Assembly (NCBI GenBank): GCA_964187785.1
Contig: OZ076412.1
Coordinates: 21,266,001 to 21,330,000, forward strand
Source: Amphiscolops sp. MND2022
Taxonomy: Eukaryota
Length of the DNA: 64,000 nucleotides
Direction: 5' to 3'
A program made the position numbers and the translations under genes. Shown here one piece after another: positions 26,701 to 38,565 of the stretch. Each line of letters begins with the position of its first letter. Position 1 is the first letter of the stretch. Under the pieces are notes generated by a model. That model saw nothing but the letters and a program-made list of their open reading frames with translations. It did not search any database and was not told where the DNA came from.

Positions 26701-29700
26701 AGAAGAGCAGAATTTTTTCATGGTACACTGAATTATTTGAAACTTCAACCTTTACACCAAAACAATTGTACGGATAGAATGCGAAGATATCTTCCAAACT
26801 GAAACACAAACAGTTCCGGTCGGTGGCATTAATGCACAAGACACAAAACTTTTGGTTTCAGTCTGGCAGATTAATCTTCGAATGAGACCGTAGACGCTAA
26901 AGATTTTATCAAAAAGGCCAAGATTGAATACTTGCCACAAAAAACCTAACTCGAAGTGATATTTGTTGACGCTCCAACCTAATGCAGCGATATCATAGCC
27001 CAAACATACGAACTCCAGAGCAAGCTTTGCCAAGAGATATTCTTTTGTTTTCGCTGACATGGGGGCATTCTTGGAACAAAGTGGACAACAATATCGAGTG
27101 AGCTTTCTCCATTGTACACTCAAATCGTTGAAAAAGTCCCAATTAAAGAAAAAACTGCCATCCCTAACAGTAATTATTGACACCTTACCGTTTACATCGT
27201 CCTGATATCAATAGTTGATATCTTTCAGAATTACGGATAGGCAGAACATTTGAAGGAAGTGCAGCATGTTCGATGGCTCTAAACAAACTTATTAGTGACC
27301 AGTTTATAAAAACAAGTTCGGGTGGGAAATAACCACAATGAATCATAGTTATCAGAGCAAACAATTCAGTTATTCAGGGTATTCAGCATAAAAAAATCTA
27401 TGATATACCTTCTGTCAATTGAATTCAACGCAGCGGAAAACTAATTTAAACATTGCTTAACTTTGCTTACAACAAGTAAAAATTCGTCGACTCTCCAAAC
27501 AATTCAAGACCTAAGCTGCTAAGCTAGGACATTTGATGTACACAGCAAGCGAGAGAAAGTGAAACTGAACTTCATCTTTTCTTACTTAAAATAAATTTCG
27601 TTGGGATCCTTAAGAGATAATTTTTGACTTGAAACAAATTCGGTTGGGAACCCTATACATCCTTTGACCCCTCTGCTTTTCATACTAATTTCTCCACAAA
27701 AACCTCGGGGAAACGACAAAAACCTGAAAGATCTCAATAAATGTCAGTTCCAGCTTTTTAGCGGCCAAAAATATTGGAGGATGAGAACACATGAGACCTT
27801 ATTTTTGGCTGAGAAGGGTATCTCAGAGGCTTTAAACTCCATACTCTAAAAAAGTACCCTATGCCAAGAATAAATCGTTTTTTGGTCTCGTGGATACGAT
27901 TTTGAAAAAATCTGGACAGAGAAGAACAGAATTTTTTCATGGTACACTGAATTATTTGAAACTTCCACCTTTAAACCAAAACAATTGTACGGATAGAATG
28001 CGAAGATATCTTTCAAACTGAAACACAAACAGTTCCAGTCGGTGGCATTAATGCACAAGACACAAAACTTTTGGTTTCAGTCTGGCAGATTATTCTTCGA
28101 ATGAGACCGTAGACGCTAAAGATTTTATCAAAAAGGCTAAGATTGAATACTTGCCACAAGAAAGCTAACTCGAGGTGATATTTGTTGATGCTCCAACATA
28201 ACGCAGTGATATCATAGCCCAAACATACGAACTCCAGAGCAAGCTTTGCCAAGAGATATTCTTTTGTTTTCGCTGACATGGATGCATTCTTGGAACAAAG
28301 TGGACAAAAATATCGAGTGAGCTTTCTCCATTGTACACTCAAATCGTTGAAAAAGTCCCAATTAAAGAAAAAACTGCCATCCCTAACAGTAATTATGGAC
28401 ACCTTACCGTTTACATCGTCCTGAAATCAATAGTTGATATCTTTCAGAATTACGGATAGGCAGAACATTTGAAGGAAGTGCAGCATGTTCGATGGCTTTA
28501 AACAAAGTTATTAGTGACCAGTTTATAAAAACAAATTCGTGTGGGAAATAACCACAATTAATCATAGTTATCAGAGCAAACAATTCAGTTATTCAGGGTA
28601 TTCAGCATAAAAAAATCTATGATATACCTTCTGTCAATTGAATTCAACGCCGCGGAAAACTATTTTGAACATTTCTTAACTTTGCTTACAACAAGTAAAA
28701 ATTCGTCGACTTTCCAAACAATTCAAGACCTGAGCTGCTAAGCTAGGACATTTGATGTAGACAGCAAGCGAGAGAAAGTGAAACTGAACTTCAACTTTTC
28801 TGACTTAAAATAAATTTCGTTGGGATCCTTAAGAGATAATTTTTGACTTGAAAAAAATTCGGTTGGGAACCCTATACATCCTTTAACCCCTCTGCTTTTC
28901 ACACTAATTTCTCCACAAAAACCTCGGGGAAACGAAAAAAAACTGAAAGATCTCAATAAATGTCAGTTCCAGCTTTTTAGAGGCCAAAAATATTGGAGGA
29001 TGAGAACACATGAGACCTCATTTTTGGCTGAGAAGCGTACCTCAAAGGTTTTTAACTCCATACTAAAATAGTACCCTATGCCAAGAAAAAAATCGTTTGT
29101 TTGTCTCGTGGATACGATTTTGTAAAAATCTGGACAGAGAAGAGCAGAATTTTTTCATGGTACACTGAATTATTTGAAACTTCAACCTTTACACCAAAAC
29201 AATTGTACGGATAGAATGCGAAGATATCTTCCAAACTGAAACACAAACAGTTCCGGTCGGTGGCATTAATGCACAAGACACAAAACTTTTGGTTTCAGTC
29301 TGGCAGATTAATCTTCGAATGAGACCGTAGACGCTAAAGATTTTATCAAAAAGGCCAAGATTGAATACTTGCCACAAAAAACCTAACTCGAAGTGATATT
29401 TGTTGACGCTCCAACCTAATGCAGCGATATCATAGCCCAAACATACGAACTCCAGAGCAAGCTTTGCCAAGAGATATTCTTTTGTTTTCGCTGACATGGG
29501 GGCATTCTTGGAACAAAGTGGACAACAATATCGAGTGAGCTTTCTCCATTGTACACTCAAATCGTTGAAAAAGTCCCAATTAAAGAAAAAACTGCCATCC
29601 CTAACAGTAATTATTGACACCTTACCGTTTACATCGTCCTGATATCAATAGTTGATATCTTTCAGAATTACGGATAGGCAGAACATTTGAAGGAAGTGCA

Positions 29701-31135
29701 GCATGTTCGATGGCTCTAAACAAACTTATTAGTGACCAGTTTATAAAAACAAGTTCGGGTGGGAAATAACCACAATGAATCATAGTTATCAGAGCAAACA
29801 ATTCAGTTATTCAGGGTATTCAGCATAATAAAATCTATGATATACCGTCTGTCAATTGAATTCAACGCAGCGGAAAACTAATTTAAACATTGCTTAACTT
29901 TGCTTACAACAAGTAAAAATTCGTCGACTCTCCAAACAATTCAAGACCTAAGCTGCTAAGCTAGGACATTTGATGTACACAGCAAGCGAGAGAAAGTGAA
30001 ACTGAACTTCATCTTTTCTTACTTAAAATAAATTTCGTTGGGATCCTTAAGAGATAATTTTTGACTTGAAACAAATTCGGTTGGGAACCCTATACATCCT
30101 TTGACCCCTCTGCTTTTCATACTAATTTCTCCACAAAAACCTCGGGGAAACGACAAAAACCTGAAAGATCTCAATAAATGTCAGTTCCAGCTTTTTAGCG
30201 GCCAAAAATATTGGAGGATGAGAACACATGAGACCTTATTTTTGGCTGAGAAGGGTATCTCAGAGGCTTTAAACTCCATACTCTAAAAAAGTACCCTATG
30301 CCAAGAATAAATCGTTTTTTGGTCTCGTGGATACGATTTTGAAAAAATCTGGACAGAGAAGAACAGAATTTTTTCATGGTACACTGAAATATTTGAAACT
30401 TCCACCTTCAAACCAAAACAATTGCACGGATAGAATGCGAAGATATTTTCCAAACTGAAACACAAACAGTTCCGGTCGGTGGCATTAAAGCACAAGACAC
30501 ACAACTTTTGGTTTCTGTCTGGTGGATTAATCTTCGAATGAAACCGTAGACGCTAAAGCTGTTATCAAAAAGGCCAAGATTGAATACTTGCCACAATAAA
30601 GCTAACGCGAAGTGATTGTTGTTGATGCTCCACTCGAATGCAGTGATATCATAGCCCAAAGAAACTAACACCAGCAAGCTTTGCCAAGATTTATTCTTTT
30701 GTCTTTGCTGACCTTGATACAATCTTGAAAAAAGTGGACAAAAATATCGAGTGAAGTTTTTCCATTGTACGCTCATATCTTCGAAAAAATTCTTAATTAA
30801 AAAAAATGGCCATCCTCAACCGTGATTATGGTTACCTTACCGTTTCCATCGCCCTGCTATCATTAGTTGATGTCTTTCAATATTACAGATAGGCAGAAGA
30901 TTTGAAGAAACTGCAGCATGTTCGATGGCTTGAGACAATGTTATTGTGATCAGTTTATAAAAGATAAAACAAGTTTTTGTGGGAAAAACCTCAATAAAAC
31001 AATCATCGGAGCAAACAATTCAGTTATTCTAGTTTCTTGGTATACTGTTATCTATATTATACTTTTTGTCAATTGAACTCAACACAGTGGAATAATAATT
31101 TCAACATTGCGGAACTTTGATTTCAACACAAGACA
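11751..31135. repeat. Large tandem array (macrosatellite) with ~1218 bp unit: 15 full units plus one partial
   Basis: Unit marker cgtc(g/a)act recurs at 11751, 12980 (partial), 14089, 15313, 16532, 17749, 18969, 20181, 21400, 22620, 23837, 25051, 26267, 27485, 28704 and 29922. Confidence 0.97.
13749..14060 (-). pseudogene. Duplicate of the fossil ORF fragment at 11411-11722
   Basis: Near-identical translation, inside the 2337 bp duplication. Confidence 0.35.
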
Positions 31136-31658
31136 TTTTTTCACAAAAAAATCAAAAAACAAATTACCGAAAGATTATGTTACAGAATTTATGCTTCTAC
31201 AATACATCTTGGAATACATGTCATTTTACAGTGCCTGTAAGAATAGATTGGTCGTCAATATTTGTTTTCATCATTTCAAAACAGAACGTTTTGAGACTTC
31301 TACCCTGAAGTTGCGATTGAGAGGAGAAAGGGCTACGCGCATGACTTCTGCCCAATGTGGTCTAAATGTGTCCATATGGGCAGCTATATCAGCGGAGCAT
31401 ACCCTCATCTATTTTGAGATTTTTCAAGGTTGTCAAATTTCAAAAAAAATTGAGATGGCATATTCGTGCTGGAAGGACGCTATAAAAAGAGAACTGGTAG
31501 GCAAACAAGATTTGTTTATTAATGTACCAGAATCGCAACTTCAGGTTAGAAGTCGGAAAATGTACTGTTTCGAAATGATGAAGGGAATTATAGACGACCA
31601 ATATATCGTTAGACACTGCAAAATGCCGGGCATGAGACAATATTTTAATGACATATAA
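31107..31658 (+). CDS. 183-codon open frame right of the array; probable C-terminal remnant of an unknown repeat protein
   Basis: No stops; contains TERFETSTLK, which matches TEIFETSTFK in the last array unit with 4 synonymous third-position differences. No start context or splice sites established. Confidence 0.4.
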   Translation: MRNFDFNTRHFFTKKSKNKLPKDYVTEFMLLQYILEYMSFYSACKNRLVVNICFHHFKTERFETSTLKLRLRGERATRMTSAQCGLNVSIWAAISAEHTLIYFEIFQGCQISKKIEMAYSCWKDAIKRELVGKQDLFINVPESQLQVRSRKMYCFEMMKGIIDDQYIVRHCKMPGMRQYFNDI

Positions 31659-31902
31659 TTAGTGTTGTTAAAAATCTTGATTTTATTTTGAAAAGCAAAA
31701 ATATCCGATTTTTTTGATAAAAATCGGATAATTATCAAAAAATCTGATAAAAATAGGGTTGGGCAGAAACAATTGAATTATATATATGTAAGTGAATGAC
31801 AAAATCAACAAACTGCGTTATTTATTCAGAACTTTGAAAGAGAAAACAACTTTTGCCGCTTTGCGAATGCCAGCAAAGTTGAATAAACCAATGAAATTAT
31901 TA

Positions 31903-32385
31903 AACAAGACGAGAACGCCTCAAGTCGGCGCTATATCTAAGGCTCAAAAAGCGCAAAACATTTTTTTTTGGAAAAAAACTTGAAATTTTCGAAAAAAAAA
32001 TTCTTTCGGAAAATGTCGCACAGTGCCGAAAAATGTAAAAGGGGGGACCCTTTTTGATTTATAAACACGCATTCTGTAGCAAAATAACAAAAAACTCAAA
32101 GGGGGGACCCTTTGGGGCATTAAAAAAAATTCGAAAAAAAATCTCACAGCGCCGAAAAAAAATCGAAGGGGGGGCTTACGAAACTTTAGTCCCGTCCGGG
32201 CTTGTATGTAACGTTGAAAATGTAAATGAATGCGCTCCCCGTTTGCCTTTAGAGGTCCAGTAGTTTAGTACTTATTTAGTAGTTGAACGTTAATTTTAAC
32301 GTTCGTCGCTTCGAGTCTGTCTTAAATAAAAAAAAACGAGTGACTGTAATAGTCGGGCTTTTTTTAAGAAAAACGCCGACTAAAA
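31903..32385 (-). mobile_element. Helentron/HINE-like element, copy 2
   Basis: aaacaag...caagtcggcgctatatctaagg terminus, ggggggaccc subrepeats, distal cgccgactaaaa. Confidence 0.7.
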
Positions 32386-32716
32386 AGATCTGATAGTCTT
32401 CCAATTGAGCAATCGGTTAGTTGAGCGGTCGTCTGATTGAGCTAGGCCCGATCAGGCCTGTAAGCGTCGAATTTGATTTTAATCAGTGATAATGAAAACC
32501 GAGCTTGATAATTATCTTGATTTTTATCATTGATATTTATCAATTGATTTTTATCTAACAACACTACATATAATCCAAGATGTATTGTGGAAGCAGAGAT
32601 TCTGTAATTTAAACAAATTCTTTCGTTAATTTCTGTTTTTGAATATTTACTGAAATTCAATATCTTGTGTTGAAATTAAAGTTCCGGGATGCTATTTGTT
32701 GAAATCAAAGTTCCGC

Positions 32717-33146
32717 GGGGGCACGACAACTCTTACACACGACATCTCGTACAAAAACCAAAAGCAGACATGTCGTACAAAAGCGAAACCAGACATTCCG
32801 TACAAAAACGAAACCCGAAATTTTGTGCAATTTATATTTTACAACTTATTATTATAACGTAGTCAGCTATGTTCACATACCCCTAGTGCCCTAAATGTAG
32901 GAGCGAAGCGAAGCGAAGCGGAGCGACGTGCCATTTGGCCATGCCTCAATGTTGCTACTTGGCGAAGCGAGCGAAGCGACCGAGCCATACAACATATATA
33001 CTAACCTCTTCAAATGAATCAAGTTCCATACATATTGGCTGTAACAGCACTGAAAGCTAGTAATTCTGTTGTTTGAGACCTATTTTGCAAATCTGTTCAA
33101 TTTAATTTTGTACGAAATGTCGGTTGTACGGATTGTCGTGGTGCCT
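32717..33146. mobile_element. MULE/foldback-type MITE, shell A, carrying the core cassette (430 bp)
   Basis: TSD agttccgc at 32709-16 and 33147-54; arms built of cacgacaa and cgacat.tcgtacaaaa subrepeats; core at ~32847-33066. Confidence 0.75.
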
Positions 33147-33708
33147 AGTTCCGCATGTTGAAATTAGTGTTCCATTTGGCGAATTCAATTTCGAAAAGTT
33201 AGTATGGATGATTGATTTTTTAAAATTGATAAAGATAATTTTCAGGATTTTGAATAGCTGAACCAACTGCAGCGGAAATGTTTCGAATTTTCGGAGGTCT
33301 TTTCATTTGAGCAAAGAAGAAGAAAATATAAATTATTTATCAGTTTGAAGGCAATTTGTCCGGAAAAAATGCTGTTTTTCATTCGAACGAATTTTTTTAA
33401 ATACAAAAATACATAGGAAATGAATCGTTAATCGACAATTTCCATCAGTTATCGTTTCCCTCTGACAGAAAGAGGGAAAAGTTTCAAGAATGGTTGGTTA
33501 AAATTTTAGATTGAATTTCAAAAATTTTACCTGATTGTTTTCCGAAAGGATCGTACAAAATCACTGAACAACAATCATCGATCTGAAACTAATAATATGA
33601 TAGGTTGATACAGCTAAAGCCGACCTAATTTGGCTAATGTGAATTTCCAACGGTGGGTTTGCTCATATTAGAACGAGCGATAAAAATTGCGGTGTCCTAC
33701 ATTCAGGT

Positions 33709-34186
33709 CAGGGGTGCCTAAAAATTATTGGCCCTCCATTTTCGAGAAAAAAAACAATGCAATCCATTAATGGTAAATTATCAAATTTTCCCTCCTTATT
33801 TCCATTAATGGCAATTAATTTCGCAATTTAAAAGTCATTTAAAGCCTGAGAAACTAAATTCTCATCCCAAAATTTTTCGTTGACCTTTAAGAATAACTGC
33901 ATCTCTAAGTTCATTGGCAAAAGTTTTTGTCGCAAATCTGAGAAGGAATAAGTTGCAGAACTAAAAAACCGTTCCAGAATATTCGAAGTAGGCAGTAAAA
34001 ATTTTAGACTCTCGTACTCTGACACTTTTTGAGACGATAATTGAAGACAATTAAAAATGGACAATTAATTGCAATAGCTTCCGTCCATTAATGGAAATGG
34101 TAAAAATAAAAAATCCCTAAATTTACCCTTAAAAATGGTAAAAAATGGCCATTAATGGAAGTTCCATTAATTTTTAGGCACCCCTG
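33709..34186 (-). mobile_element. hAT deletion derivative (478 bp)
   Basis: TIR caggggtgcctaaaaatta(t/a)tgg; exact 8 bp TSD attcaggt at 33701-08 and 34187-94. Confidence 0.92.
33828..34064 (-). pseudogene. hAT transposase C-terminal dimerisation-domain fragment
   Basis: LPTSNILERFFSSA...RQKLLPMNLEMQLFLKVN fits the P.TS...ER.FS......R..L....E...FLK.N pattern. Confidence 0.85.
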
Positions 34187-35068
34187 ATTCAGGTAATATA
34201 TTATAATAGGAGATACACGATAGTAGATACATAATGTTTGTCGGCGTTTTCAAACTAAAACTATTGAAAGTAGGTCCACGGTCTTTAGAAACTTTCGTAC
34301 CTGAATAATTGATATACTCCCCCCTTAGTGGATTTTGCTACACAACAAGAACGTTTTAGTATACGTCGGTTGAGGTGCATAGACAAGGTAACAAAGCTGG
34401 CTTTTGATGTTTTGACATGTAAAGATTTAGTCAACCATTAGTCATTTTCATATGTAATAATCATAAAACTCAGGCAGGATTACCTAAATGGAATAAATTT
34501 CGGTTTAACTACAGTCAGAGTAATAACTTCGGACGTCGACTGGATTCCAATTTTAGCCTTTTCAAGTAACTGAGGTGTGACTCGAAAATGACGCGAAAAT
34601 GGCAACACTTTTCAAACATCGCTGAGAAATTTTTAGGACACTCGTAAATATCGTCACCATTGTGTAATTAACCAAATAGCAAAAAATGTTACAACGCAAC
34701 TGCTCCAAACCATTGTTTTTTGACTATCTAAAACATCTTTTTTGTCAATTTGACGATTAGGCCATTTGAGCAAGGCGCTGTGCAAAGTTTTATGAATTGG
34801 CATGGTAATTGGTTATTAGTTTCAAGTATTCGTAAGATCAAGAATAAATAGGTACAAATAATCTTTTTTTAGATTTTCTGCCAACCAATAGAATCTTTGA
34901 AGACGATTTGTCATTTGACGATGATGGTTTTTGGCAAGCATAACGAAAATTGCGCTGTTTTATCATCTGCGTCCAAAAATTAGTTAAATGTAGTGTTTAA
35001 ACCAGATCATGGATGGACAATTTTGCATTGTATTTGAAATTAGTTATTAAATAAAACGAGTAAATTTG

Positions 35069-35098
35069 AGTAGTAGTAGTAATAGTAGTAGTAGTAAT
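35069..35098. repeat. (AGT/AAT)n microsatellite
   Basis: agtagtagtagtaatagtagtagtagtaat. Confidence 0.95.
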
Positions 35099-35469
35099 GC
35101 AATAATGGAAATCAACCATCTCCAGCATGAAATTTTTACAGCAATTATTTTAACTGTGAAAAATTATTCAAGTTTTTCAACATTGCAGAAAGATGTTTCA
35201 GCATGGCGATTGAATAGCAGATGATTAAATATTCCGCTGTGGGGGGAATTAACAGAAAAGATCCGAAATTTAATTGATGGTAGACTAAAATTTTACCGGA
35301 GAGTGAGCCGGATGCCGGGTATTTAGGAACACGATACAGCCTTGATCTTTTTGCATTTATAATCTAAAACGTTCCGCTTGACAATAAGAGAAAACTTCAT
35401 TCGAAAGTTCTTCCAAAATTTCTATTGTCCCAATTTATTCAAAGCATCCTTTTTTGACTAGGTTGGTGA

Positions 35470-36273
35470 CCCATGTTGAGCACTCCCTGCGAATCTGTAC
35501 AGATCTGTACAGATCCTGACAGATATTCTAGGATTTGTCGAAAAATAACTAGTGAAAAAACAGTTTTATAATTGAAATTAATTGAATAAAAAGTGCTCTA
35601 CAAGATAAACACGCCTCCTAGTTGAAGTTTTGAAAAAAAGTTTCTGTGCGAATCTGTACAGATCTGTACAGATCCTGACAGATATTCCAGGATTTGTCAA
35701 AAATTAACCATACGAAAATGACCAATAAATTACTATAACGTATTCCAAGTTTCCAGCAATTACTAAAACTACTCCAGTAATCCATGTTCCCGAAATATTA
35801 CAACCACATCACTTTATTAAAACCTCTACCAACCCAGACGGTAGCCACATGTCTAATTACATCCGCCAAAACGAAGTCAATATGGCAGACGAGCCTCTCA
35901 AAGTTGAACATCCACTTCTGGAAAGTTCGAGTGAAATAGATAAATTACCGTGCAAAACCAATAACAAACATTCCCTACACACCAAAATTACTGTGATGGG
36001 GACAAACTTTCCTTCTCAAGAATTTTGGGACATGGAGAGTTTCCACTGACTGAGAATTGGTCAGCTAAAATACTTGTTGAAGAAGACCAAAAATGCAATA
36101 CATGCAATGAAAAAAAATTTCCTGAAAAATCTGTACAGAAAATCCTTGCACATCTGTAAAGATCCTTGCAGATCTGCAGTTGTCCTTACGTAGCAGTGGC
36201 ACGATCTTTACAGATCCTCAAGGAAAAAAGGCTCACAGATCTGTACAGATTGTCAAGGAAAGCTCAACATGGG
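35470..36273. mobile_element. CMC/EnSpm-type non-autonomous element, copy 1 (804 bp)
   Basis: TIR cccatgttgagc / gctcaacatggg; 2 bp TSD ga; agatctgtacagatc subterminal repeats; interior homologous to 42170-42990. Confidence 0.75.
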
Positions 36274-36335
36274 GATTTAACGTCAGCAATGAAAATTTGG
36301 TAGTAATTTAATTATTTGGAGCCACTTCTACCGCG

Positions 36336-36824
36336 CAGAGTTGGAATCGGGTCATGATTTTCTACCCGAGCCCGTTTCAAAAATCCTAACGCGACCAGAT
36401 ATTTTTCAACATTTTTAATACCCGATGAAAATGACCGAAAACGAATTTGATACCCGAAAGTAAATTGTAAATGATAATCAGGTATAAGCATCATGCGAAT
36501 TCAAAAATCCCACTTTTTACAACAGAATTCAAAAATTCAACATCAGAGTTTTTTGGCAGACATCTGGGCTCTACGAGCAGTGCGAATAAGACCCGCTTGT
36601 CTGAAATCTCGTTCACTTTGAGCACTAGTTGCTTGCGCTGAGAATATTTAGGCGAGCAAATAAAAGAAATCAATAGCGGAAATTATATAGCCCAGTTTAA
36701 TGTATAAATTTTCGATTTATTTTCCGAATTGTTAGACACGGCCCGAAAATTTAAGCTCGAAAAAGCCCGGCTATAAGCCGGCCCGGCCCGGCAACATTTA
36801 ATCATGTGCTTGGTTCCAACTCTG
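36336..36824. mobile_element. Probable hAT-type MITE
   Basis: 11 bp TIR cagagttggaa / ttccaactctg; acccg and gcccg subterminal repeats; TSD not convincing. Confidence 0.5.
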
Positions 36825-37589
36825 TTGCCGGCTACGTAACATGATAGAAATGTTTGAATTGGCTCCTGCAAAGTAGTTTTGAAGTTTGGTGCGTTTTTGA
36901 GTTGTAAAGCTCTGAAAAAATCCTTGCAATGTTTTATACAGACAAATAGGAGACCGAAGCGGGAATACTGTTCAAATACTGTTCACAGGGGATTTATGAT
37001 GCATTTTATCGAGGAAATTTGTAGGATTTTTGAGTCATTGATTTTCTAATCTTTTCGAATCAAAGGTCAAATTAATGAACCCACTTATCGAAGAAAATCG
37101 CATGGATTTTGCAACAACGACAAGTCAATGGGTGAACATTTTCTATGGCCGAATTGCTTGATCTTAGGTTTTAGTGTAATCGTCGTCAGCTTATGAGAAA
37201 TGTTGCAGACTTAGCCAGACGTCTTGCTAAAAATAATTATCTGTCGAAAGGGAAATGCATGTAACTGTTAATTTAGTATCGATTTTGCATATCTCAGCTA
37301 ACAACATTACATTTCTCATTCGTGAAATTGCGAATAGTGTTTGCAAGGTATTAGTACTTATTAGAAAAGAACTCGAAACAACATTATCTCAAATTTGGGT
37401 TTACGGGCCGGAGTCAAATAGTATTCTTTATCTATCAAACTTAGTTCAGTTGCACAATAATTTCACAGAAGTTTGAGGTTATTTGCATAACAGCTGAGGC
37501 GTGTTTTACTTCAGAGAAGTTTAACATGACGATGATTTCTTACACAGGTCAACTTTAAGACCAACTTCAACAGTCCAACGATGGAAATC

Positions 37590-38283
37590 TTTTTAGTCGG
37601 CGCTTCATGAATCATGAAGTGAAACGCGACTATTATAGTGACTCTTTCTTTCTTTCAATCCACACGAACTGACCAAAATAGTTCTTAAAAATTCTACAAA
37701 ATATTATTGCACCAAATTGCACCATTTGGCCTTGCGAACTGAACCAAAAAGGTTTTTCGTTTTCCCGCGTAACATACTATACCGGGCGAGACCAAAGGGT
37801 CCCCCATTTCAATTTTTTTCGGCACAGCGAGACTTTCTTTTTCGGAAAATTTTTTTCCCCAAAGGGTCCCCCTTCAATTTTTTGCTGTTTTGCGACAGAA
37901 TGGATGTTGAAAAATCCCAAAGGGTCCCCCCTTTCAGTTTTTTTCGGCATTGTGAGATTTTTTCCGAAAATAAAAAAATTTCCCCCCTTCAATTTTTTGA
38001 TGTTTTGCGACAGAATGGATGTTGAGAAACCCCAAAGGGTCCCCCCTTTTAGTTTTTCGGCATTGTGAGACCTTTTTTCTAAAATTTTTTTCTCTCCAAA
38101 GGGTCCCCCCTTCAACTGCGACAAAAATGTTGACAATTTCAGAAGTGTCCCCCCTTTTAGCGCGCCACTCGGTCCACTTTTTTGGTTTTTCGATTTTCGA
38201 GTACTGTAAATTGACACTTGGAAGTCCTTTTGCTATTTTTGAGCCTTAGATATGGCGCCGACTTGGGCCGGTCCCGGCTTGTT
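37590..38283 (+). mobile_element. Helentron/HINE-like element, copy 3
   Basis: 5' tttttagtcggcgc; 3' gcgccgact plus hairpin gccgg-tc-ccggc plus ttgtt; internal gggtccccc subrepeats. Confidence 0.8.
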
Positions 38284-38353
38284 AATCATTATAGTTATTT
38301 CATTTTTAGGTTCAATTTGATTTACAACCAGTAGAAAAACATTTTAGACCTAC

Positions 38354-38565
38354 GAAAATGATTGATTGCTTATGAGTGAACCGTCGGAAGTTTCCAAAGA
38401 AGTTGCTGAAACTTCTATGAAAGAACAAATGTCTTCAGACCGTCTCTCAGTTGTTTTGAGATTAGCGTAAAAGTCAAAAATGCGTACTGGAAAGCTAGTG
38501 ATTTCGTCTAGGGTTTTTAGAACGTCTTGAGCCACAAAATTGTTCAAATATTTCACAAAAATTGC
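38354..38565 (-). CDS. Candidate isolated exon (212 nt) of an unknown gene
   Basis: Stop-free frame AIFVKYLNNFVAQDVLKTLDEITSFP... bounded by ttttAG and GTAGGT; no neighbouring exons found. Confidence 0.22.

Noticed and set aside
11986-30776. Dozens of recurring minus-strand ORFs in the array (MSVQWRKL..., MRSFRFL..., MCINATD...) as a tandem gene cluster or small-protein system
   Set aside because: They overlap in different frames and gain or lose starts and stops between near-identical units. The only codon-level evidence points to a decayed plus-strand frame.
11751-31135. CRISPR-like or spacer-acquiring array
   Set aside because: Units are homologous along their whole 1.2 kb length, with no unique spacers and no cas genes; the context is eukaryotic.
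34860-35000. Minus-strand FLDADD resembling a GT2 glycosyltransferase DxD motif
   Set aside because: Surrounded by stops, with no other family motifs.
37255-37476. LRR-like periodicity in the ORF
   Set aside because: The LxxLxLxxN consensus is only loosely met, over fewer than two repeats.
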